Virus record (IMG/VR): IMGVR_UViG_3300037478_000272
Location: 1-42,005 of that record
Reading direction: 5' to 3' (one strand)
Source of the DNA: a virus
Taxonomy: Duplodnaviria; Caudoviricetes
Length of the DNA stretch: 42,005 nt
Shown here: piece by piece, positions 8,252 through 16,700 of the stretch
Numbering within the stretch: the first letter of the stretch is position 1
How the letters are laid out: each line of letters opens with the position of its first letter
Translations under genes and position numbers: made by a program
The notes under the pieces: generated by a model
Database searches by the model: none
Seen by the model: the letters and a program-made list of their open reading frames with translations, nothing else
What the model was told of the DNA's origin: nothing

Positions 8252-11204
8252 CCTCCGTGTAGACCTCGAATGAGGCGTCCGTGATCGTCATCGGCCTGGC
8301 ACCGTCGTGCGCGATCGTGTAGGTCATGTCCTTCGCCGAGCCTCCGAACCCGGCCTCCATCCGGCCGACGTCGTTCTGCTGGAATGACTGTGAGCGGTCG
8401 ATCGTGCCCGCGTTGGCGTCGACCGCCGACAGCACGTAATCGGTGGTGTCCTCGCCGTGGCCGATCGCCACCATGAGGATGTCGACCCTTCGCGTCGGGC
8501 TCGCGTTGCCGCGCGCGTCGCGCACGAACGGGCGCGATAGCACGAGCGTCGCGTCGAAGAACCGGCCCAGCACGACCTCGCCGTCCGACAAGTCGCCCGG
8601 AACCACGATCTCGGTGCCGGGCGGAGCTTCGTAGACCCATCCGTTGCCGGTGCCGCCGACGTGCTCGTCGCCGGCGCCCGCGAAATCCGGACCCTCGACG
8701 AGCCAGTTGAGCGTCGACCCGCTCGCCTGGAACGGGTCGATGTCGAACGTGGTCTCGTCCTGCCCGCCGTCGTAAGTGCCTGAGACCTGTATGCGGCGGT
8801 CGAGGTGGATGACGTAGGGATAGGCGTCGCCCGACGGGTCGGCGAACACGTCCTCCTCGCCCAGCGGCATGCGCTCCAGCGTGTAGCGAGTGTTGATCCT
8901 GGTGAGCAGCCACAGGTCGGAGCGGTCGATCGCGATGTCGATGATCTCGACGGTGTCGTCGAACTCGTAGCTGGACCACGCCGACTGGATCTTCTCGTCG
9001 CCGCTCCAGTACGAGTGGTAGACGTGCAGCACGTTGGCGTCGTCGTCGGGCAGCACGTAGCAGCGCCTGGTGTCGGAGTGGGCCCGGATGGTCCTGACGG
9101 CCGTTGGGATGCGGTCTCGGTAGTGGCCCGTGACGTCGGCTGCGCTGGTCGCGACCGCGATCTCGTCGTAGAGATACTCCCGGATGGCCGAGTCGCCCGG
9201 CCGCGCCTGCACGAAATACATCCTCACGTCGATCTGGGTCGGTCGCACGCTCTGGGTGTCGTACTTCGTCGACCGCGTGAAGCTCGCCGTCGTGGGCGTG
9301 AACGCCTCGGGCGGGTTGGTCTCGAACTGTCGGCCCGACCGCGACAGCAGCACGAGCGATCGCTGGAAGGGCTCGGCGAAGTCCAGGTCGACGATCTGGT
9401 CGTCGGAAATCGGCGCGTCGATCGGGTCCGAGTCGGCCAGCGTCGCGCCGCTCTCGCGGTAGAAGTTCCCGACGGTTCCGATGCGGGTGAACGTGGCGAA
9501 CTTGCCGCCGACGTAGCCCTGGCGCTGGCGATACCCCGCGACGTCGCGCAGCTCGACGCCGCCCTTGACCCATCGCCCGTCCGTGCCCGCAGCGCCGGTG
9601 TTGTCGACCGGCACGGTGAAGTTGTCGTCGTCGATCCGCGTGACTGTGTGGGTGCCGTCGATCGACACGCCCGAGTCGGATTCGAGGATGAACGCCTCGT
9701 CGCCGGTCACGAGCCCGTGGCCCGCGCTCGTCACCTGGGCGGGGTTGGCCGTCGAGATCACCGTGATGTCGCCCCGGAGATCGATCTCGCGGAACATCGA
9801 CGGGCTCGGGTTGTTGGTCGGGGTGTCGGCGCCGGGCCGGGCCTCGAAAGTCATGCGCCGCACGGTGAACTCGTCGGCGAAGTCGCGGATCATCTCGACC
9901 GGCATCACGCCGGCCTCGATCTGGGCGTCGGCCTGGCCAGACGGGCTCGTCCTGACCCAGCGGTCCTCGATCGCCAGCGTGATCTCGGCGGCCGTCACCG
10001 TGCCCGTGCCCGCCGTCGTGGTCGAGGCGGTCTCGAAGGGCGCGCCGGCCGCTATGAGACTCGCGACGCCGCCGGTCGTCGGGGCGGTCGCGGCCGTGAT
10101 GGTCGCGCCCGACCCGCGATACCGGCTCGTGATCACGAAATGGCCGCTCTGGGGCGCGTTCTCGAGCCACTCGACCGCGACGTCGCCGACTCCGGCCGCC
10201 TCGAACGATTCCTCGAGCTTCTGCGCGACCTTGTGCATCGAGGCGAGCGTCGTGCCGTCGGTCGTGTAGACGACCTCGAACTCGATCCCGATGCCCGATG
10301 CCGCGAAGTCGACCTGGTTGCCGCCGGCGTCGATCGCGTTGTCGAGTTCCAGTGTGTCGTCGTCGTCTTTCGCGACGATGTCGAACCACGCCGGCGTCGT
10401 GATGCCGGTGCCGGCCGTGAGGTAGATCTTGTCGCCCGCCATGAAGGTGTAGGAGGCGAACGCGCCCGTCTTGGTGAGCGTTTTGGCGGTGTTGTCCCAG
10501 GTGCCGCCCGTGAACAGCGTCGCGATGCGCTGGAACCCGATCGTGAACCCGTAGCTGCCCGAGTTGTCCCAGTTGCCGCTCGGGTTGGCCCAGGTCCCGC
10601 CCGTGACGTCGGCGTACTCCTGGGTCGCGAACGTCTTGGCGTCGACGTCGTACTGCCAGAACCCCTCGTCCTGCGCCACGTCGTCGTTCTGGGCCTCGTG
10701 GAAGGTGCTGTCGGCGGGTGTGTGGCCGGTCATTTCGAGGTAGTCGTCGAAAGTGCGCGTGACCGCGTAGGTGTCGGCGGAGTTGGTGAAGATCGGCACG
10801 GTCGTGTTGACCAGCACGATGCGGTCGTCGATGACCCGCACGCGCACCTCGGTCGCGTCGGGGTCGTTGTAGTCGAGATAGACCTGCGCGTTCGCGTCGA
10901 TGTTGACCGTCGCTTCGACGCCCCCGATGCGGAACAGCCGCACGACGAACGTGCCCGAATCATCGCCCCACACGACGTTGTACGCCTCGTCGGGCCCGAT
11001 GCGGAGGATGTCGGTCCGGTAGAGGCCCGCGCCGTCGAGACCAGTGATGCGGCGCTCCAGGATGGTCCCGTTGCGCTTCACGGCTCCGGTCTCGAAGTCG
11101 AGGTCGACGTTGACCGCCTCCTCGATCTGATTGGCGAACCGCCGGTGTGGAGGCTGCGTCGACACGCCCCCGACGAGCGCGCCGGTTTCGAGGGTCTGCT
11201 TCAC
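8229..11204 (-). CDS. Tail tubular protein B / nozzle (gp12-like) with inserted beta-rich domains
   Basis: Likely start is GTG at 11204, overlapping the upstream TGA: (M)KQTLETGALVGGVSTQPPHRRF...N...GAVKRNGT is the typical gp12 N-terminus. Also has KIQSAWS and HLDRR motifs. Confidence 0.88.
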   Translation of the reverse strand: MKQTLETGALVGGVSTQPPHRRFANQIEEAVNVDLDFETGAVKRNGTILERRITGLDGAGLYRTDILRIGPDEAYNVVWGDDSGTFVVRLFRIGGVEATVNIDANAQVYLDYNDPDATEVRVRVIDDRIVLVNTTVPIFTNSADTYAVTRTFDDYLEMTGHTPADSTFHEAQNDDVAQDEGFWQYDVDAKTFATQEYADVTGGTWANPSGNWDNSGSYGFTIGFQRIATLFTGGTWDNTAKTLTKTGAFASYTFMAGDKIYLTAGTGITTPAWFDIVAKDDDDTLELDNAIDAGGNQVDFAASGIGIEFEVVYTTDGTTLASMHKVAQKLEESFEAAGVGDVAVEWLENAPQSGHFVITSRYRGSGATITAATAPTTGGVASLIAAGAPFETASTTTAGTGTVTAAEITLAIEDRWVRTSPSGQADAQIEAGVMPVEMIRDFADEFTVRRMTFEARPGADTPTNNPSPSMFREIDLRGDITVISTANPAQVTSAGHGLVTGDEAFILESDSGVSIDGTHTVTRIDDDNFTVPVDNTGAAGTDGRWVKGGVELRDVAGYRQRQGYVGGKFATFTRIGTVGNFYRESGATLADSDPIDAPISDDQIVDLDFAEPFQRSLVLLSRSGRQFETNPPEAFTPTTASFTRSTKYDTQSVRPTQIDVRMYFVQARPGDSAIREYLYDEIAVATSAADVTGHYRDRIPTAVRTIRAHSDTRRCYVLPDDDANVLHVYHSYWSGDEKIQSAWSSYEFDDTVEIIDIAIDRSDLWLLTRINTRYTLERMPLGEEDVFADPSGDAYPYVIHLDRRIQVSGTYDGGQDETTFDIDPFQASGSTLNWLVEGPDFAGAGDEHVGGTGNGWVYEAPPGTEIVVPGDLSDGEVVLGRFFDATLVLSRPFVRDARGNASPTRRVDILMVAIGHGEDTTDYVLSAVDANAGTIDRSQSFQQNDVGRMEAGFGGSAKDMTYTIAHDGARPMTITDASFEVYTEDEPRGSR

Positions 11205-11800
11205 GTCTGGCGGCGCCCCGATTCGGGCGCGGCCTCGACCGATGGGCCGAGTTCGGGCCGAAGGCGGCGGTGCTTGGCCTCGATCTCGGCCTTCTGGAGC
11301 GAGAGCCGCTGCTGGCGCTGCTCGTCGCGGTCCTTGTTGGAGTTGTACCACTCGATCGCGTGCTCGACGATCCGTTCCTTGAGCGCTGGGGCCAGATTCT
11401 CGAAGTAGGTCGCGTCGGTCTTGGTGGCGGTGGCCGTGAACCAGGCATCGACCGTGAGCACTTCGTTCGCCACGCCCCACGTGTCAATGCCTTGATCGTG
11501 ATCGAATACGAATGCGTTTACGATGGAGAATCGCCGGTTGACGTACTTGCCGACCCCCTTGATGGCCACGACGGTTGTGGGAACGGCGAACTTGGTGGCC
11601 GCGACCGTGATCGCAAGGTGCTCGCGTGCTTCCTCGGGCTGCTCGTCGATCAGGTAGCGCTCGACGGCCTGCTCGAGGTAATACTCGGCCTCGGCGCCGT
11701 TGCCGGGCCCGGCCGAGGTCTCAAGCGTTGTGATTCGGTTGTGACCTCGACTGGTCAGGATTCGGTTGACCCCGTCGAGCTTGTCGAGTCCGATGGCCAT
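11201..11800 (-). CDS. Tail tubular protein A / adaptor (gp11-like), copy 2
   Basis: 199 aa: KLDGVNRILTSRGHNRITTLET, FVFDHDQGIDTW, FENLAPALKERI. Directly upstream of the nozzle gene. Confidence 0.75.
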   Translation of the reverse strand: MAIGLDKLDGVNRILTSRGHNRITTLETSAGPGNGAEAEYYLEQAVERYLIDEQPEEAREHLAITVAATKFAVPTTVVAIKGVGKYVNRRFSIVNAFVFDHDQGIDTWGVANEVLTVDAWFTATATKTDATYFENLAPALKERIVEHAIEWYNSNKDRDEQRQQRLSLQKAEIEAKHRRLRPELGPSVEAAPESGRRQT

Positions 11801-11803
11801 GTG

Positions 11804-12244
11804 CTACTCCGTGATCACGATGGTGACGTGGTACTTCACCGCCGAAGAGTGGTTGTTGGTGATCCGAACGGCGAGTGCCTGGTTCAACAGGCTGACGCCC
11901 GGCCCGCGCGTGTAGCCGCCGGCGGGGTCGAACAGGTCGTCGTAGAGCGCGACCGATTCCTCGGTCGTGAGGCTTGTGACCTCGGACACCGCCGTCGTGC
12001 GCGCCGCCGGGCCGGTCGAGTCCAGTTCGCCCGGCACGACCGTGTCTCCGTCCACCAGCGCGGCGGCCCGCACGATCTCGATGCGCGAGCGCGCGATGTT
12101 GGTCGCGTTCCCGTTGGGCGCGACCGTGACCGAAACCACTCGGGTCTTCGGCGCCGACGGAACCGTGATGCCCAGCACGATCGTGGTCGTGCCGTTGGCG
12201 ATCTCGATCTCGCCTGAAACGACCGAGAAGTTGGTGTCTGCCAT
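11804..12244 (-). CDS. Hypothetical beta-rich virion protein
   Basis: 146 aa, Thr/Val-rich, GGAG RBS, located in the tail module. Confidence 0.6.
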   Translation of the reverse strand: MADTNFSVVSGEIEIANGTTTIVLGITVPSAPKTRVVSVTVAPNGNATNIARSRIEIVRAAALVDGDTVVPGELDSTGPAARTTAVSEVTSLTTEESVALYDDLFDPAGGYTRGPGVSLLNQALAVRITNNHSSAVKYHVTIVITE

Positions 12245-12253
12245 GAGGGGCTC

Positions 12254-12559
12254 CTAAATCTCGACGACTTTGTTGACGCCGCCCATCGGCGGGTCGGGCG
12301 GAGGCGGCGGGGGTGGAGGCGGCGGGGGCGGCGGATCGTCGTCGTCGATGTCCTTCTTGCTGAACAGGTCGGGTGGATCGCCCGGCTTGTCGTCCGGGTC
12401 CTCGAACCCGCGAGACGTATTGAGCCGCACCCAGAACCCCGGCTCGACGAATCCGAACTCGGCGAAGAAGTACGACCGCGTGACCTCGTCGAACGAGATG
12501 CAATCAAGGGGCGTCACCAGCCCGGAGCAACTGCCCAGCGACGCCGGTGTGAGCGCCAT
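12254..12559 (-). CDS. Hypothetical protein with acidic and poly-proline C-terminus
   Basis: ATG at 12559 overlaps the upstream TGA. MALTPASLGSC...DIDDDD-P13-DPPMGGVNKVVEI, 101 aa. Confidence 0.6.
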   Translation of the reverse strand: MALTPASLGSCSGLVTPLDCISFDEVTRSYFFAEFGFVEPGFWVRLNTSRGFEDPDDKPGDPPDLFSKKDIDDDDPPPPPPPPPPPPPDPPMGGVNKVVEI

Positions 12560-13155
12560 CAGCCGAGCCCGAAGTCCCTGAATGTGCGCCGGTTGCCCAG
12601 CACGTCCTGCACGCCCTGCTGCCTCAGCACGTTCACGTCGGACGTGCGGGTGTCGTGTGCCCTCGCGGACGACTTCCAGCGCCGCACTTCGTCGCGGGCC
12701 ACGCCGGCGTAGGGGAAGAACCGCGGAACCGACGTAGCCAGCGACAGCATCGCCCTGGAGGCGATGAGCATCTGGACCGGCACCGGGATGCACCCGAAGG
12801 TGATGCGCTGCCTGACGGTCACGTGCAGCGATTCCTCCGTGAATACGTCGGTGTTGTTGTCGAGGTCGTAGAGGTACGCGCCGCGCTGGCAGACGTTGCG
12901 GGACTTGTCGGTGTAGTCGGTGTCGATTTCGAGCGTGCCGACCGGCAGAGCGAATCGACCGTCTATATCGGCCTCGATGACGAGCTTCGTCAGGGTCGCG
13001 TAGTGCCACTGGGATTCGACCTGGACCTCGTACTCGGCCTCGTCGAGCTTGCGCTCGATGATCGCCATGTCGGACGGGCCGCCGGTATCGAGCGCCGGCG
13101 ACGCCTGGAGTCCCAGGTGCTCGGCGATCCACTTGACCGCTTCAAGCGTCGTCAC
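12559..13155 (-). CDS. Tail tubular protein A / adaptor (gp11-like), copy 1
   Basis: GTG at 13155: (M)TTLEAVKWIAEHLG...EVQVESQWHY...QRGAYLYDLDNNTDVF...FGCIPVPVQMLIASRA, the classic gp11 pattern. Confidence 0.85.
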   Translation of the reverse strand: MTTLEAVKWIAEHLGLQASPALDTGGPSDMAIIERKLDEAEYEVQVESQWHYATLTKLVIEADIDGRFALPVGTLEIDTDYTDKSRNVCQRGAYLYDLDNNTDVFTEESLHVTVRQRITFGCIPVPVQMLIASRAMLSLATSVPRFFPYAGVARDEVRRWKSSARAHDTRTSDVNVLRQQGVQDVLGNRRTFRDFGLG

Positions 13156-13748
13156 AGCAGCTTCGCCTGGAGGTACGCGGTGGTGACGGTGCCGGTGCCC
13201 GCCAGCGCGGTCTCGACCCCGATGAGGATCTGGCGGCACCCCTGCGTGTCCCATGCGTCGGCCGACAGGTCCGGCGTCGTGTAGAGCATCGTGCCGTCGG
13301 TCACGTCGGTCGCGGCCGTGGCGATCGTCGCCGTAACGGTGCCGCCGACGGTCTCCAGCAGCGTCCACACCTCGTCGTCGTTGTCGCGGCCGAACACCTT
13401 GATGACCGGGTCGGTGATGCTCGTGAGCCCGTCGTCGTAGGCGAGCCGCACGATGAGCAGCACGCCCTCGTTCGGGCCGTCGGTGCCGTCGTCCTGCCAG
13501 CCCCGCAGGACGATGTTGCGGGTCGAGAGGGTGATCTCGGTGGTCGGGTTGGTGATGGTAGCGGCGTCCTGGTCGTCCATGCCGCCGGCCGTGATGACCG
13601 TGAACCACTTCGACGACGCGCTGACCGGCAGGATCTTCGTGGCGTCGGTCGTGTGGGGCGCGATGACGGTGCCGGGCTGGACCGCCAGCGCGCACGTGAC
13701 AGCCGCGAGCCCCGCCGCCAGCAGGGCCCATCGGGTTTCGAGTTTCAT
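13152..13748 (-). CDS. Hypothetical protein with an N-terminal signal peptide, beta-sandwich-like
   Basis: MKLETRWALLAAGLAAVTCALA is Sec-signal-like. Thr/Asp-rich body, AGGAG RBS. Confidence 0.7.
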   Translation of the reverse strand: MKLETRWALLAAGLAAVTCALAVQPGTVIAPHTTDATKILPVSASSKWFTVITAGGMDDQDAATITNPTTEITLSTRNIVLRGWQDDGTDGPNEGVLLIVRLAYDDGLTSITDPVIKVFGRDNDDEVWTLLETVGGTVTATIATAATDVTDGTMLYTTPDLSADAWDTQGCRQILIGVETALAGTGTVTTAYLQAKLL

Positions 13749-13756
13749 GGTGTCTC

Positions 13757-16700
13757 CTATGCCGCCTTCCGGCGCGCGATGTCGGTGACGATCTTGATGC
13801 GGTCGGGCATGAGCGGGCCTTCGACGCGGCCCCGCCCGCGATAGTTGCGTCCACGTCCGAGCAGGCCGGGCTTGTCGAACCCGCCCGGCCCCATCGTGCC
13901 CGTGCCGAGCCCGCCGCCTCCGGGTGGCGGCTCGCCCTCGAAGCCGGTCACGGTGTTGATGCGATCGATCTGGGCGGGCGTCATGTCGCCGTTCGTAATG
14001 GCGGCGAGCAGGCGCGTCGCCGAGCCTACGAACGGGTACAGCGTCTCATTGAACTCCGCGACGTTCTCGACCGCGACGGTCACGGCCTCGGCCCAATCGG
14101 CCTCGGTGGCGGCATCGCCGACCGTCGAGCAGGTGTTGCTCGCGATGAGCACGATGTGGACGCGCTCGGGATAGTCGGCCGGGTCGATGTTGCCGGTGTC
14201 GATGACGAGCGAGCCGAACGTGCCGTCATAGCCGGACGTGTCGTCGAAGAGCACGTTGAACGCCTGAACGGTCCCGGCCTGTGGGTACGCGTCGAGCACA
14301 GTGGCGTTGGCGGCGTTGTTGAGCCCGGCCTCGACGAAGAACGTGACGCCGGGATAGTTGCTCGTCATGTAGTCGGCTGCGACCTTGACCGAGTCGGATT
14401 GCTGAGTCTCGACGTAGACGAGCTGGGCCGGCGCGCTCGAATCCCACGCGGCGTACGAATCGGTGTCGAGCGCTGGCGCCATGCTGGCCTCGAGCGATGT
14501 CTGGTCGCGCGTGTCGTGCTGGAAGAGCGGAGGCCCGCCGTAGAAGATCAACGGACGTCCGCGATCCGTGACCGCCGACCACGCGGCGGTGTAATCGAGC
14601 CCCATGTCCTGCACGGCCTGCTCGCCCAGGTCGATGCCGAGCTGCACGATCTCGTTGAATCGCCGGTGCGCGCCGTGGCTGAACGTGGTGTCGGCAGTGC
14701 CCTGGCCCACGGTTTGCTTCAGGAACGTGGTGTCGATCGTGCCGGTCGTGCCGGCGCTCACGCCGTCGTCGACGTACAGGGGCCACTGACCGAACGGCTT
14801 GTCGACGTACGCGGTCATTTCGGGGAAGCTGTTGCCCAGCGTGATGATCTGCTGCGCGTGCCCTGTGGGCCCGAGCGTGATCTGCGTGGCCAGCAGGCCC
14901 GCGTGCGTGAACGCCTGCGCTGTGTCCTGGTGGATGCCCGGCCCGCCCATGACGCCGAAGCGGCTCAGGAACTCTATCGGCTCGTAGTCGTCGGCGAACG
15001 CCACGCCCGGCGTGCCCGCGAAGTTGACGGAGACCGGCGTCGCGGGGTCGCCGCTGGCGACGATGGTGCCGTCCTCGTATCGGACCCAGAGGTAGTCGTA
15101 GTAGTTGTCGCCCACGATGGGCTGAAGGTCGTTGGCGACCTCGGTGAATCCCGCGTTGCCCTCGGCGTCGAGCGGCGGGATGGTTACGTTGATCTGTCCG
15201 GTGGTGAGCAGGTAGTCGGTGGTGGCGACCCGGGTGGGTGTCTCGATGATGAGCGTCTCTTCGCCGGCGAAGGCGCCGGTCGCCGACCTTCGCACCTGCA
15301 TCCATATCTCATGGAGGTCACTCGCGCCCAGCTCGTCGGCGTATAGCGGCATCGCCAGGCAGACCTGCGCGTAGCACGCGGTGGCGCTGAACACGATGCC
15401 GCCGACATCATCGTTGAACACCGCGCCCAGGTGTGAGTCGGTGTCCGTCTCGCCGTAGAGGTCGCGCACGAGTCGCGACGTGCCGGCGAACGTCGGCGTG
15501 CTCGAAGTGGGGTCGAAGTCCTCGGACGTCTCATTCTCCTCCGTCCACGCCGGGGCGGTCTGCGATGAGTTCGGACCGTACTCGGTGCCCTGCCGGAAGT
15601 TGACGGTGCTATAGCTGGCGTGACCCGAGCCGGAAGTCGGAGCCGAGGACTCACGGATCATGCTCTGACGCACCATGACGTTCGTGGCTGCGCCGATGTC
15701 CCAGTTTTCATTCGAGCCGGAGATCCTGAACGGATCGTGGGTCGCCATGATCACCAGCCGGTGGTCCCCTCCGGAGACGTTCCACGATGTATATTGCGAT
15801 CCGCCGTACCGATTGCAGACGTCGAGCCATCCATCGACGGTCGTGGTACTGCCCTGCCACGCCTTCCCGCCGATCGTTGCGGATCGCCCGGAACAGTCGT
15901 CGTGCGCACGGATGACGTTCGTGTACGTCAAGCTCGCGAACTGCCAGGTGTCCGAGTGAACCGCGAAGAGAAGGATGCCGTCCATATCGGAGTGATTCGA
16001 CGCGTCGGTCACGATGGTGTCGTCCAAGGTCAGCTCATTGCCCGACCTCGCGGTAACCGACGGCGCGGTGCCGAATGTGAGTGACGAGTCGTAGTTGGTG
16101 CCGGCGGTGGGTATGAAGATCGCGGTGGCATCGACAGTCGGGTCGAACGCCGAGTCCGCGAAGTCGGTATCGGTTATCGTCTTGGCAGTTTCGTCCCAGA
16201 CCCCGTCGCCGCCGGTCGCTATGGCGAGGGCCGCGCCGACGTTCACCAGCCTTCGATTCAGCACCACCGCACCCTCGAAGGTGGCATCGCCCGATATGTC
16301 GCTCATCACGCCGTCAACGAGGTAGAGCGGATTCCTGGTCCCCGACATCGAGTAGAAATCGTGGAACCAGTAGCGGGTGAAGTAGCATCGGTTGGACCAT
16401 TCCGTGTCTATCCAGCTATTGTTCGTCGTCGCGTCGTCCGCATACGCCTGGAAGTCGTCCATCCAGAGACGTCCGGCGGACGTGGTCGTCGTAAGACCTG
16501 CGTAATCGAATGTCACGCAGAAGGTGCTGCCCTGCACGATCACGCCGACGGACGTGCAGTCAACGTCGATGCCCACGAATCGAGCGAGCGAGGCGCGGGC
16601 GCTCTGGCCGTCCTGGTCCCGAAATACGCCGTGCTCACTGCTCTCGTAGCCCGGAGCGAGCTCGTAGGTGATCCATGAGTAGTACGTGGATGGCGCGTCG

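Noticed and set aside
1462-11408. Long plus-strand ORFs (e.g. 1462-3057, 5742-8273, 8805-11408)
   Set aside because: Antisense shadows of high-GC minus-strand genes with recognisable phage motifs. The same applies to the plus-strand ORFs over portal, scaffold, capsid, RNAP and helicase.
11205-11480. ORF-track N-terminal extension of the nozzle gene
   Set aside because: It overlaps the adaptor gene in another frame. The gp12-like sequence begins at GTG 11204.
13156-13854. ORF-track N-terminal extension of the 12559-13854 ORF
   Set aside because: Arg/His-rich off-frame read of the 198-aa gene. The gp11-like sequence begins at GTG 13155.
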